Below are positions 28,704 through 40,408 of a stretch of DNA of 64,000 bases, one piece after another (positions within the stretch are counted from its first letter, which is position 1; each line of letters begins with the position of its first letter). A model generated the notes under the pieces. The model saw only the letters and a list, made by a program, of their open reading frames with translations, made no database searches and was not told the origin of the DNA. This DNA comes from an archaeon. GTDB lineage: Archaea > Nanobdellota > Nanobdellia > Woesearchaeales > UBA9642. The stretch lies in contig JAZDHK010000023.1 in the NCBI GenBank assembly GCA_043806035.1, positions 29,659 through 93,658 on the forward strand, written 5' to 3'. Both the position numbers and the translations under genes were made by a program.

Positions 28704-29862
28704 AGAGCAATCCTTGTGCGTACTCTCTCAAGAACGGCGTGCTCATGGTGCCGAATGCTGCATCTCCTAATCGTTCTCCAAATGTATCGCCTTGCAGTTT
28801 GCTCTCATAGAACGTGTCTGCAAACTTGCCGTGCTGCTTGAGGATGTGTCCTTCCCTGAGCAGATGAAAGAGCTTCACCCGCTGCATGTTCATCCTGTCT
28901 CTGCTGACGAGATCTGCTTCGCGTGATTTTCTGATTATTTCATCGACGTCGCTTCTTGTTCTGTCTGCAAGCTGTTGCTGTATCAGGATGTTTTTCTGCT
29001 CGGTGAGGAATAGGTCATGATAGTCTTTAGGGAATTTGAAAGGGTGCCCATAGGCGTGCGTGAACTCTTCCCTGGCAGCACGGCTGGCATGCATGCTCTC
29101 CTTGTATTCAGCAGGCGCATGCAACAGGCCATAGATGTATTCCTGGAGACGTGCGGCGAACGAGCTGACGTAACAGGAGACGTTCGGTTCTTTCGTGAGC
29201 AGCGTATCTATCATGAGAAATCCATCCCGTACATTTTTTGTGTGGAAGGTGCCGCTCTTGTTCAGTGCCTGGTCCATGATGCGTATCTCGTTGAGAATCT
29301 GCTTGCCTCGCTTGATGCGTGCGCGCATGTAGTTGTTCGTCATGCCAAGTTTTGGATTGACGGCATTGATGGCGTCGGCGAGAGAAAAATAGTAGATTGA
29401 CTTCCTTCTCGTATAGTATGCTTTGGTGAGTGCCTCTTCGCCGTCTTCGTATTCGAGAATTTTGTTGGATATGCTCCGTACTGCTCTGGCGAAGAACGGG
29501 ATGCTGATGCGATGCTCGGAAGGAATAGCCAAGGATTTGAGCGATTTGCCGATGCGTTCTTTCGTCTGTGGCGTTCCTTCGATGAATGCCTCAGCGTTCT
29601 GCATAAGCTCTGGTGAGAGAGGGAATTGTTGGACATCCTGGATGTACCGTGCAGTAAATACTGCTGCCGCATCAGGATCGGTGTCGATGAGCTCCCCGTA
29701 TCGTGATAGGAAGATGTTTCTTTGCAGCGACGGAGATACTGATTGTATGCTGTCGATAAGAGGGGTGATACGCGCATCGAGTTGTGCGCGCTGCTCATCC
29801 GTGTAGAGCATGTCCTCTATCCGTCGTGGTTGCACCATATCTTTCATGCGTGTTCGAAGCAT
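28693..29862 (-). CDS. Hypothetical helical protein (start may be 29847)
   Basis: Long ORF with its own BRE/TATA; no family recognised. Confidence 0.7.
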   Translation of the reverse strand: MLRTRMKDMVQPRRIEDMLYTDEQRAQLDARITPLIDSIQSVSPSLQRNIFLSRYGELIDTDPDAAAVFTARYIQDVQQFPLSPELMQNAEAFIEGTPQTKERIGKSLKSLAIPSEHRISIPFFARAVRSISNKILEYEDGEEALTKAYYTRRKSIYYFSLADAINAVNPKLGMTNNYMRARIKRGKQILNEIRIMDQALNKSGTFHTKNVRDGFLMIDTLLTKEPNVSCYVSSFAARLQEYIYGLLHAPAEYKESMHASRAAREEFTHAYGHPFKFPKDYHDLFLTEQKNILIQQQLADRTRSDVDEIIRKSREADLVSRDRMNMQRVKLFHLLREGHILKQHGKFADTFYESKLQGDTFGERLGDAAFGTMSTPFLREYAQGLLFRH

Positions 29863-29904
29863 GCTTGTCGTATATAAATGTTTCTATTTGTAATCACTAT
29901 ATAG

Positions 29905-30603
29905 TTATAACTTTTTTAGTGCGTCTGGCAATGCCATGATGGACAGAATGGTTTTGTCGACGAAGGGATAGTGCACGTCTCGCTGTAATGCTTCCTGTGT
30001 CCAGATGGTTTTCATGCCGAGCTGTTTTGCAGGCAGCAAATCCATCTCCGGATGATCGCCCACCATGGCTATTTCCTGAGGTCGCAGCTGGAGCTGCTTC
30101 ATGATGAGCCGCCAGCCTGCAGGATCAGGTTTGTTCGCGAACACGTCATCGCTCGTCACAATCTTTTTGAAAAATTGGTCAATGCAGAGCTTCTTGATGC
30201 GTTCGAGCTTTATGGGTTTGTAGCCGTCACTGTCGCTGAACATGCAGAGCGTGTACTGCGTTGACAGTTCTTGGAGAATCTCTATTGTTCCAGGAAATAA
30301 CGTGCTGACCTCGAGGATTTTCTTCCAATACGCATCCTCGAGTGATTTCACTTCAGGAATATCATAGTCTGCGTTGAGCGTATGCAATGCTGTGCTGATC
30401 CAGGTCTCCCTGCTCATGTCGATAGGTCGTTTGGTCTTATGCACGTACTTAGCCTTGGCTGCATTGAATGCATCAAGAAACGCTTTTTGCGTGAGTCCGT
30501 ACTGCTTAGCGGCGAGTGAAGCCACCTGTGCATCAGCCTCCGCTTCTGCAGGGCTCCACCGCTCCAACGTATCGTCAAAATCAAAGATGACTGCACTAAT
30601 CAT
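29905..30603 (-). CDS. HAD-superfamily hydrolase
   Basis: FDFDDTL, KPDP, MVGDHPEMD. Confidence 0.92.
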   Translation of the reverse strand: MISAVIFDFDDTLERWSPAEAEADAQVASLAAKQYGLTQKAFLDAFNAAKAKYVHKTKRPIDMSRETWISTALHTLNADYDIPEVKSLEDAYWKKILEVSTLFPGTIEILQELSTQYTLCMFSDSDGYKPIKLERIKKLCIDQFFKKIVTSDDVFANKPDPAGWRLIMKQLQLRPQEIAMVGDHPEMDLLPAKQLGMKTIWTQEALQRDVHYPFVDKTILSIMALPDALKKL

Positions 30604-30839
30604 AGCATCTCATCGATGGGTGGTTTTTTGCCATCCTTCTTCTCGACTGCCTCTTTCTGCAGATCAACGCCTAATTCCTTGAGCGCTGAGACGTGCATGT
30701 GCATGAGCTGCTCGACAATCTGCAGAATCCGTGCCAGCTCCTGCCTCTCCTTTGCCAGTGTTGACAATGCGCCTTTATGAAATCCTATCTGCTCCTCTTT
30801 TGTTTCCTTGCTCGCTTCTGGTTTGTCTTTCTTCGCCAT
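30600..30839 (-). CDS. Small coiled-coil hypothetical protein
   Basis: SD GAGGAGA; overlaps the start of the HAD gene. Confidence 0.7.
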   Translation of the reverse strand: MAKKDKPEASKETKEEQIGFHKGALSTLAKERQELARILQIVEQLMHMHVSALKELGVDLQKEAVEKKDGKKPPIDEML

Positions 30840-30913
30840 AGTCTCTCCTCAATATGCTTTTTGCACAAAGAGTGACGGCAATATTTATAAAGATGCTTTA
30901 TTTTTGGGGATAC

Positions 30914-31444
30914 ATGCTGTTGCAACAGATTTCCCAAACCGTCTTGACGATCATCGTCGCCGTTCTTGTCTTGTTTATGGGGCTTATCCTTGGACTGGTC
31001 TTGCGCAAGTTGATCAAGCGTCTCCTAGGCATTCTCAAGCTGAACGACGTGCTCTATCGTCTTAGCGGTGTTAAGACGAAGATGGACGTAGTGCTTTCTT
31101 GGGCAGTCGCCATGGCAGTGTATGCTATTACTATTTATCTTGTGTTGGGCAAGCTCGGCATTCTTCGCGTTGCGGGAATATTATTTTTTTCCTGCCTTGG
31201 CGTGTTGTTCCTGCTCTGGCTGCTCTTCGGTGCCAAAGATGCAATAACGAATTACTTTGCGGGAAGACCGCTGCGCAAACACCTGCACGTGGGAAGCGCG
31301 GTTTCATTCGGGTCTATCAAAGGCATCGTGCAACGGCTGGGCGCGTGTGAGTGCGTGCTTAGAAGTGGGGACGAGCTGTACGTCGTTCCCTACATCATTG
31401 CAGTTTCTCCAGCAAAGAAGAAACGTGATAAATCTGTGTCCTGA
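30914..31444 (+). CDS. MscS-like mechanosensitive channel protein
   Basis: Three TMs, KDAITNYFAG, VG..V....IKG.V beta domain. Confidence 0.7.
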   Translation: MLLQQISQTVLTIIVAVLVLFMGLILGLVLRKLIKRLLGILKLNDVLYRLSGVKTKMDVVLSWAVAMAVYAITIYLVLGKLGILRVAGILFFSCLGVLFLLWLLFGAKDAITNYFAGRPLRKHLHVGSAVSFGSIKGIVQRLGACECVLRSGDELYVVPYIIAVSPAKKKRDKSVS

Positions 31445-31646
31445 CGAATCCCTGCAGGTTGTTGTCTTCTGCAAGCGAGTCAAGCAGGGTGAGGCTTTTG
31501 TTGACGATGAGTGAGCTGTCTTCCTTCTTGTTTTGCAGGTTTTCTCTGATTTCGCGCATCCGCTCCCGAACGTTACGGGGAAGGTCGTCATCTGTTTCTA
31601 GTTCCTGTAGCGCTTTGAGCAACTCGATAAGGACGTCATGTTTCAT
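31395..31646 (-). CDS. UPF0147 family protein
   Basis: D..LPRNVR, D.NL..FVRTQI...S.LE. Confidence 0.85.
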   Translation of the reverse strand: MKHDVLIELLKALQELETDDDLPRNVRERMREIRENLQNKKEDSSLIVNKSLTLLDSLAEDNNLQGFVRTQIYHVSSLLEKLQ

Positions 31647-31650
31647 GGTT

Positions 31651-31959
31651 TCACTTCATCTTGGCAAGAACAGCAGAACGAATGTCCTCTGATTTTTTCT
31701 TGAGCTTCTCTTCCTGCTTCTCTATGTTTTTTATGCGTATGACCAATAATTCTTTCTTCTCCTGTAATTCCTGACGAAGCTGTGCTGTTGGTGTTTTGAC
31801 CATGAGGTTGCCGATGATCCTGTAGGCGTCATCTTGCTGTGTGAGTTCCTGCAGTGCAGATTCTAGTTCTGCCTGCTGTGCCTGGAACTGCTGACGCTGG
31901 CCTGACAGATGCTGGATGTTCTGTTCAATCACTTGGAGTTGTTGGATGTCTTTTTCCAT
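31651..31959 (-). CDS. pfdB: Prefoldin subunit beta
   Basis: Coiled coils around YRIIGNLMVK; synteny. Confidence 0.9.
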   Translation of the reverse strand: MEKDIQQLQVIEQNIQHLSGQRQQFQAQQAELESALQELTQQDDAYRIIGNLMVKTPTAQLRQELQEKKELLVIRIKNIEKQEEKLKKKSEDIRSAVLAKMK

Positions 31960-32173
31960 GTTCGCTCAGTTGCTCATGCAAGGTGAGGAGCTTCGTTATG
32001 GCGTTGCAGGTCGTGCGCAATGCGACTGAGTCCTGCGCTTGGATGGTGAAGATAGTCTTCGTTGCGTCATGCAGCACGGCATACGTCGCCCTGTTGCCGA
32101 TGTTCTTATCCTCTGCGGCAAAACTTTTTGCAATGCTGCCGTGCGGGTCATCGATGGTGATGGTGGCGTTCAT
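31925..32173 (-). CDS. pcc1: KEOPS subunit Pcc1
   Basis: IQAQDSVALRTTCN; located between rpoP and pfdB. Confidence 0.8.
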   Translation of the reverse strand: MNATITIDDPHGSIAKSFAAEDKNIGNRATYAVLHDATKTIFTIQAQDSVALRTTCNAITKLLTLHEQLSEHGKRHPTTPSD

Positions 32174-32307
32174 CGTGCCTTGAGCTTTGTCGTTGTCGTC
32201 CTTGTCTTGAAGAGAATCCTGCTGCCGCAGTATGGGCAGCGGACGCGCTTCTTGATGTACGTGTCAGCGACGGGTTTGCTGCAGTTGAAGCATTTGTACT
32301 CGACCAT
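32170..32307 (-). CDS. rpoP: RNA polymerase subunit Rpo12 (RpoP)
   Basis: YKCFNC...RCPYCGSRILFK.R. Confidence 0.93.
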   Translation of the reverse strand: MVEYKCFNCSKPVADTYIKKRVRCPYCGSRILFKTRTTTTKLKAR

Positions 32308-32317
32308 GGCCCACCTC

Positions 32318-32542
32318 TTACTGAACCTCGAATTTGACGAGGCTGTATGCTCTGCTCGTGAATTTCGTGTCGCATTTTCTGCAATGCCAAATGCCCGCGG
32401 CAACCCGTTTTACCTGGGTTTTCCTACAGTAGGGGCAGAGATGCTTCTTGCGCTGCTCTGCCTCGATCTTGCCGAACTTCTCTTTGACTGTTCTGCCGTA
32501 TCGTGCGCCAAATCGTTTCATTGCCGGATGTTTTGTTACCAT
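32318..32542 (-). CDS. rpl37ae: 50S ribosomal protein L37Ae (eL43)
   Basis: RFGARYG, CPYC, GIWHCRKC. Confidence 0.96.
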   Translation of the reverse strand: MVTKHPAMKRFGARYGRTVKEKFGKIEAEQRKKHLCPYCRKTQVKRVAAGIWHCRKCDTKFTSRAYSLVKFEVQ

Positions 32543-32557
32543 GCACTCACCGTGAAG

Positions 32558-32662
32558 TGGGGCTGCCCAGACTTTCTGCAGTCCTGCATCGCAGGGTTGC
32601 GTTCGAACTGGGGTCTTCTGGTCCCAAACCAGAAAGGATGGACCAAGCTACCCTACAGCCCC
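32558..32662 (-). tRNA. tRNA-Pro(UGG) with a 30-nt intron at 59/60 (32572-32601); CCA not encoded
   Basis: Acceptor GGGGCTG/CAGCCCC-A; anticodon arm TCTGG-TTTGGGA-CCAGA; T arm CCCAG-TTCGAA[30 nt]T-CTGGG. Confidence 0.93.
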
Positions 32663-32795
32663 TTTTCGTCCCTGAGAACAGCAGTGCTTTTTTAAATGTT
32701 GTGCTTTCCCACTATGTGCATTTTTGAGGAGGGTCATGAAATGCATCGTGACTGAAAAATACTCTTTGCAGAAAGCAAACACCTGCATGTGGCAA

Positions 32796-35003
32796 TCATA
32801 CGATTTTCTCGATGTGCCTGCATTTGGGGAAAGTCGAGCAGCCGTAGAACTGGCCGTAGATGGACTTTCTCAGGAGAAGGTTGCCACCGCACTTCGGGCA
32901 TTTCTTGACGATCTTTCCTGATGCTACGCCATCTGCTTCCTTCTGCGCCTTCTTGTCCTCTGATTTCTTTGCAGGACAGTCAGGATTGATGCATGCTTCT
33001 CTTTTTCTTCTTCCCGAAATGACGAGCACTTGCGGATAAGAGCAATGCGCGCACGGTGTAGGCAGCGACTTGATGATGCCGAAGACGGGGATGTTGAATG
33101 TCGCCTCGCAATCAGGATATTTGTCGCACGCGATGAATCGTTTCTTGAACTTCTTGCTCATCATGATACGTAACGTTCCCTGCTTGCATATCGGGCACGG
33201 TCCAATATAGCTTTCTTTCTCTCGCGTCTCCTGCAATGCTTCCTTCAGCTCTTCGCCTATCGCTTTCTCTTTCTTCTGGAAATTGGTGAGGATCTTGGTG
33301 AGCGTCTGCTTTGCCTCGTCCAGGACTTGCTCTGCGGTCATCTGCTTCCGGCGGATCTTTTCCATCTCCACTTCAAAATGCCTCGTCAGTTTGTCATCGA
33401 CAATCTCGGGCACGTACTTAGTCAGGAGTTCTGCAGTCTTCATGCCGAAGTCAGTAACTTTGATGGACTCGTCCTCGATGTAGCCGCGTTGGTAGAGGCT
33501 CTCGATGACGGCAGCACGGGTGGATTTCGTTCCTAAATTCCTCTTCTCGAGCTCCTTGATGACAGATGCTGGCGTGAACCGTTTCGGCGGCTGGGTCATC
33601 TTGTCCAGTTTGTCTATGCTCTTTGTCTTGAACACATCGCCTTCCTTTGCCGCAGGCAATTCTTGCTCCTCAAGTTTCACATATCCTTGATAGAATGCAT
33701 GCCATCCTTCGATGGTCGTCCTCGTTCCTTTTGCGATGAACGGCTCGCCAGCAATGTCTATGCTTATGCTGACCGTCTCTCGCTCGGCAGGACTGCTAAA
33801 GCAACTCAGGAAACGCTTGACGATAAGATCATATATTTTTCCTTCCCGCTCCCGGAACACGTGTGCATGCCCAGTAGGATAGATTGCAGGATGTGCGGGA
33901 TCGGTCTTCTTGCCCTCGCTCGGCTTCAGTGGACTGTGCTGTTTCAGGAGTTGATCGACGAGCTGCTTGTACTGCGGTTGCTTGGCGAGACTGCTGAGTA
34001 TTTTCTGGTAGCCAATGCTTGCAGGAAGTTGCTGGCTGCTCGTTCTTGGATAGGAAATGAATCCTCCCGTGTAGAGTCCTTGTGCGATGTCAAGCGCATC
34101 TTTTGGAGGAATTCTGAACAGCCGATACGCTTCTGTCTGCAATGAGGTGAGGTCAAAAGGGAAGGGTGGTGCTTGTGTCGACTTCTTCCTATCTATGGCG
34201 GTGACCTTGCCATCCTTGCCGCTTGTTTTTGTCAGCACCGCTTTGCACGTTTTTTCGTCAGTGAATTTATCTGTGGCGTGCTGGGCGATGAGTGCGTGCT
34301 TGTTGAGCGTGCCGCGCGCTTCGAGCTGCCAGAACGGCTCCGCCGTGAACGCCTGTATCTCTTTCTCTTTCACTGTCAGCAATTTCAGCGTTGGGCCTTG
34401 TACCCTTCCGACGCTGAGCGTTCGATAGGTTTTTGCTTTCTTGAGCGCGAGCATGAGTGCCCTGCTGAGATTGATGCCGTAATACCAGTCGAGCACATGC
34501 CGTGTCTCTCCGGCGATGGCCTGCCCCCAATCAAGCGTCTTGCTCTTCTGTGCATAGCTCTCGATGAGGTCTTCTTTGGTGAGCGTCGAGAATTTCATGC
34601 GCTGCGCATCTTTCTGCTTGCACGCATAGCGTATGCAGTTGAGGCCGATGACCTCTCCTTCAATGTCATAGTCCGTTGCTACGGTGAATGCGGATGCATC
34701 CTTGGCGAGCTTCTTGAGCGTGTCCACATATTTTTTCGTAAATGCGGCTTTCTTGTCCACATCTGCGCTGGCCTTCCACGTGATATCATAGACGGGATAG
34801 GTGAATGATTTTTCTTTTTCAGAAACGGTGAAGAGGTGGCCGACGGCGCAGCTCACAACGATGTCCTGCTTGCCATGTGTAATCCGATAAAAGGCAATGC
34901 CTTTGTTGCTTTCCTTGATTGGTTTTCCGTCGGCAAGGCTCTCTGCAATCTTCTTCATTGCATTCGGCTTTTCCGTGATGATGAGCTCGTACGATTCGGG
35001 CAT
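32796..35003 (-). CDS. topA: DNA topoisomerase IA with C-terminal Zn ribbons
   Basis: ITEKP, ATDYDIEGE, GRVQGPTL, ISYPRT, AHPAIYPT. Confidence 0.96.
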   Translation of the reverse strand: MPESYELIITEKPNAMKKIAESLADGKPIKESNKGIAFYRITHGKQDIVVSCAVGHLFTVSEKEKSFTYPVYDITWKASADVDKKAAFTKKYVDTLKKLAKDASAFTVATDYDIEGEVIGLNCIRYACKQKDAQRMKFSTLTKEDLIESYAQKSKTLDWGQAIAGETRHVLDWYYGINLSRALMLALKKAKTYRTLSVGRVQGPTLKLLTVKEKEIQAFTAEPFWQLEARGTLNKHALIAQHATDKFTDEKTCKAVLTKTSGKDGKVTAIDRKKSTQAPPFPFDLTSLQTEAYRLFRIPPKDALDIAQGLYTGGFISYPRTSSQQLPASIGYQKILSSLAKQPQYKQLVDQLLKQHSPLKPSEGKKTDPAHPAIYPTGHAHVFREREGKIYDLIVKRFLSCFSSPAERETVSISIDIAGEPFIAKGTRTTIEGWHAFYQGYVKLEEQELPAAKEGDVFKTKSIDKLDKMTQPPKRFTPASVIKELEKRNLGTKSTRAAVIESLYQRGYIEDESIKVTDFGMKTAELLTKYVPEIVDDKLTRHFEVEMEKIRRKQMTAEQVLDEAKQTLTKILTNFQKKEKAIGEELKEALQETREKESYIGPCPICKQGTLRIMMSKKFKKRFIACDKYPDCEATFNIPVFGIIKSLPTPCAHCSYPQVLVISGRRKREACINPDCPAKKSEDKKAQKEADGVASGKIVKKCPKCGGNLLLRKSIYGQFYGCSTFPKCRHIEKIV

Positions 35004-35064
35004 GCATCGCGTTTGGCACGGCATCATATAAAAACTTAACGACTCGCTTTTGCAAACGACGTTA

Positions 35065-35080
35065 TTTTCCCGTCGAGAAA
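35065..35080. promoter_or_regulatory. Palindromic site upstream of the topA TATA, shared with gyrB
   Basis: TTTTCCCGTCGAGAAA matches TTTTACCGTCGAGAAA at 40313-40328 at 15 of 16 positions. Confidence 0.6.
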
Positions 35081-35363
35081 TCGGCAAAAAAATGTGGCGA
35101 GCAGTACCTGTGCAAAAGAATGGTATGCTGTTCCAGCATCACTCTTCATCCAATTCGTCCAACGTCCAATAATCTTTTACCATATCGCACCAGCGCAGAG
35201 GTGTGCAGGCATATTGCCTTGCCAACACGATATGTAAAGTGTTGTATTGAGTTTATTTTTAATTGCTTTAAAAACACAACACTTTGATAAATAATGCGTG
35301 TTTTTTCGTGCGTGGCGGCAGTGCATGCACAAGTTATTTATATGCCTGCTCGTTCTTGTGCGC

Positions 35364-36206
35364 ATGCTCGATACGAAGCTCATGAAGAAGATCTCTGATT
35401 TCGTCTACGTGAAACCGAGGACGGTGCAGGAAGTGGCGCACCTCATCAACAAGAACTGGCGGACGGCAGACAGCTACCTTGCCAAGATCGCAGCAGAGGA
35501 AGGAACGATAGGTATGCGCACGTTCAGAGGAGGCACGAGAGGTGCATTGAAGATCGTGTTCTGGAATAATATAGAGAAAGTGCATAGTTACGCATTCCAG
35601 GAGCGGCTCATGCAGCGCATCCAGACCTCGAGCACGAAAACGGACTTTAGCCCGTTTGACATCTACCAGTACGTTGATCCTAAGAAACGGCACGCGTTCA
35701 TCGAGGCACAGGCTGATGACGCAAAATCGGTGCAGCAAGACCTTGCGTCGGAGTTGCGTAAGGCACGGCATCAGGTATTACTTTTTTCTGGAAATCTCTC
35801 CTGGGCGAATCTGTCCATGCGAAACAAGCAGATGATCGACGTGTTCGGGGAGCTCGCCAAAGCAAAAATATCCATCAAGATACTGTGTAGGGTGGATATT
35901 GCCAGCAAGAAGAATGTGGAGAAATTCCTTGCCATCAACGAGCAGGTGGGATTTGATGCGGTGGAGATCAGGCATGCCGAACAGCCGCTGCGTGCATTCA
36001 TTATCGACAAAAACATGGTGCGGTTCAAGGAAATAAAGAACGTCCACGATTATGAATTGCGCAAGACGAAGCGAAACTACATCTTCTATGATTTGCTTGA
36101 CGTGGAATGGGTGGAATGGACGCAAAACGTGTTCTGGAACATCTTCCGCGTCGCCATCCCTGCACGAAAACGCATCGAGGACATGGAGAGTATCCAGCAG
36201 CTCTGA
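35364..36206 (+). CDS. Putative regulator: N-terminal HTH plus TrmB/PLD-like effector domain
   Basis: PRTVQEVAHLINKNWRTADSYL (HTH); C-terminal VEIRH...LRAFIID and F...F tail. Confidence 0.6.
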   Translation: MLDTKLMKKISDFVYVKPRTVQEVAHLINKNWRTADSYLAKIAAEEGTIGMRTFRGGTRGALKIVFWNNIEKVHSYAFQERLMQRIQTSSTKTDFSPFDIYQYVDPKKRHAFIEAQADDAKSVQQDLASELRKARHQVLLFSGNLSWANLSMRNKQMIDVFGELAKAKISIKILCRVDIASKKNVEKFLAINEQVGFDAVEIRHAEQPLRAFIIDKNMVRFKEIKNVHDYELRKTKRNYIFYDLLDVEWVEWTQNVFWNIFRVAIPARKRIEDMESIQQL

Positions 36207-36297
36207 ATTGCCTGATTTTGTGTTTTCTTATGCGGCAAAACTGCATCTCCACACTGAAACTTCCTTAAATACAGATGGCTTTGTCTGTGTGTGATTT

Positions 36298-36768
36298 ATG
36301 ATGAGAGCACTCCCCGTAATCGGATTAACAGCACTCTTGCTTGTTGGCTGCTGTGCCAGTAACCAACAGGAAACGCCAGACTACAGGAATGAGTATCTAA
36401 GTACTACACAACAGACTGTAGAATCAATAGCCGAACTTGATGGAACAATCGTTGATGTACAACAAGGACACATCTCCTATTGCGGTAGTTGGGATACTCG
36501 CTGGGATGGTTCACAGATATCTGCAAATCACGAGATAGAATATGTTCTCGTTCAGGGAAATGACAACAGCAGGCATGTCCTGATTTATCCGTTCACGAAG
36601 GCAATCTGGCAAGGCCCCGCAACACTCAAGTACAGAGAACTTCCCTCAGGCCGGATTGATGCGAACACGTTCATCGACAACTATCTTGACAAAAGCTACT
36701 TCACCGATGACAACGTCGTTCTTGAAGCGGATGGCATCATTGTCGGAAATGGCATTATCTATAACTAG
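36298..36768 (+). CDS. Hypothetical lipoprotein
   Basis: Lipobox LLVGC. Confidence 0.7.
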   Translation: MMRALPVIGLTALLLVGCCASNQQETPDYRNEYLSTTQQTVESIAELDGTIVDVQQGHISYCGSWDTRWDGSQISANHEIEYVLVQGNDNSRHVLIYPFTKAIWQGPATLKYRELPSGRIDANTFIDNYLDKSYFTDDNVVLEADGIIVGNGIIYN

Positions 36769-36781
36769 TGGATTTTTGTTC

Positions 36782-37039
36782 TTATTCATACACCCATTCC
36801 GGATGCCCGAAATGAAGCACGAGGTCTACGCCGAGATGCTTGACTTCGAGAGGAAGGTCGCAGCTGCCAAAGTTCGAGCCGCTCCAGATGAGCAGCTCTG
36901 CAGTTGTGTGCTTGCGCAGCGCCTCCTGGATTTCTTTTGCTCGAGGCTTTAGTCCATCAGGCAATTGGATAAGAATGCATGTCGGCTGCGATTTCTTGAT
37001 GGCGGCAATTGCCTTGTCGAGCTCAAGATTGTACGTCAT
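36782..37039 (-). CDS. Dph2 N-terminal domain only (diphthamide synthesis), 85 aa
   Basis: ILIQLPDGLK, FGSCD, HFGH, then stop. Confidence 0.82.
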   Translation of the reverse strand: MTYNLELDKAIAAIKKSQPTCILIQLPDGLKPRAKEIQEALRKHTTAELLIWSGSNFGSCDLPLEVKHLGVDLVLHFGHPEWVYE

Positions 37040-37760
37040 CTTGTGCATCATCTTCAGAATCGTCTTCCTTTTCCTGTCCTTCATCTGTTGGCTGCTCTTC
37101 GGCAGGCTCCTCTGCAAAATCTTCTTCGTCCTTCGGCTTCTCGAAGACAATGTCCGTTCCCTTCTCATCAACAGTTTCTCGCAGGTTCTTTTGCTCGCGA
37201 TGGAACATGTAGATCTCTGCAGTCCGTATGGGATAGAGCTTGGTGAGCTTCTCCCGCAGTTGCTTCTGCAGGTTGCTTTTGATGAGTTCCTGTGTGAGTG
37301 TCTCGAAGGTGTTGGCGTGGCTGAATTCCTTGAAGAACAACCGCACGCCTTTCCGGAGCTTGGTGCTGATTGCCTTGTTAACCAGATTGTTTGTGATAAT
37401 TAACGGTTTGATCCTGACGAAAATGTCATCCTGTGTCTTGACGACAAAGCTGTCGGCTATTTTTGTCCGGCCGCGCTTGACCAATCGCTTGATGTTTGAG
37501 GGCACGAGTTCATATTTTTCCAGGCGTGTCTGCGCCTTGGTTCCTTCTATGCCTATGATTTTGAACTGCAAATACGTACCTTGCTTCTTCATGTCACCCA
37601 AGAGGTTTGCGATGCTGACGCTCACGGTCCGGTCAGCAAGTTCTGTCGGCTCGTATGCAGGCGTCTCTCCGATGACTTTCTCGCCAAGTGATTCGGGAGC
37701 CAGTATGGTGAACCACTTCTTTTTCTTTTTAATAGGTGCTGCTTTCTTTGCTGCTGCCAT
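37023..37760 (-). CDS. rps3ae: 30S ribosomal protein S3Ae (eS1) with acidic tail
   Basis: KKWFTILAP, IKRLVKR..TKI.D, KLYPIR. Confidence 0.93.
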   Translation of the reverse strand: MAAAKKAAPIKKKKKWFTILAPESLGEKVIGETPAYEPTELADRTVSVSIANLLGDMKKQGTYLQFKIIGIEGTKAQTRLEKYELVPSNIKRLVKRGRTKIADSFVVKTQDDIFVRIKPLIITNNLVNKAISTKLRKGVRLFFKEFSHANTFETLTQELIKSNLQKQLREKLTKLYPIRTAEIYMFHREQKNLRETVDEKGTDIVFEKPKDEEDFAEEPAEEQPTDEGQEKEDDSEDDAQDDVQS

Positions 37761-37919
37761 GCGTTGCCGAGAACAATGGGCTATTTAAAAAGCTTACTGT
37801 TTGTCCGAGTGGGATGAAGTCAGGTCTTCCTGTAGGATCCTTGATGCGTTTCGGTAAATGCAAAAACGGGACAAGGTAGATTTATAAGTGATGCTGCATT
37901 CTTGGGCAGCGGTGATATC

Positions 37920-38303
37920 ATGAGAAAAACATTAGGTCTCTTGGTTATGGGTGTGGGATTGGCAGTTGCTGTGCAAGCGCAGGACAAGGCAGTGAGCGAT
38001 ACGATCTATGTCGACCTTGCTGAAATGATGCCTGTTGTCCAGGCAGGAACAACGTTCGGTTTCAACTATTCTGAAGCGTATCTTGACAAAGAGACAGAGT
38101 CAGTCGACTATAGATATGTCCAGCTCATCGGAGAATGTGCGACATCCAATAAGCTGGTTGAAGCGCTTTCGGATATAACCGCATCGCAGGAACTCTATAC
38201 ATCTGGAGAATTCGTTTTTGTGGGTGTAAAAAAAGATGACGGGATCTTTTATGCAAAAAAAATGCTCTCGCCAATCAGTGAAGACTATCTGAACTTGAAG
38301 TAA
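37920..38303 (+). CDS. Hypothetical exported protein
   Basis: Signal peptide ending VQA; SD GGTGA. Confidence 0.65.
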   Translation: MRKTLGLLVMGVGLAVAVQAQDKAVSDTIYVDLAEMMPVVQAGTTFGFNYSEAYLDKETESVDYRYVQLIGECATSNKLVEALSDITASQELYTSGEFVFVGVKKDDGIFYAKKMLSPISEDYLNLK

Positions 38304-40337
<2,034 letters not shown>

Positions 40338-40408
40338 TTAAGAAACCATTTTTGTTTATAAAACTTACGAAATGCCTGGAAAGATTTAAGTAGTTCTGCT
40401 CTCCTCTG

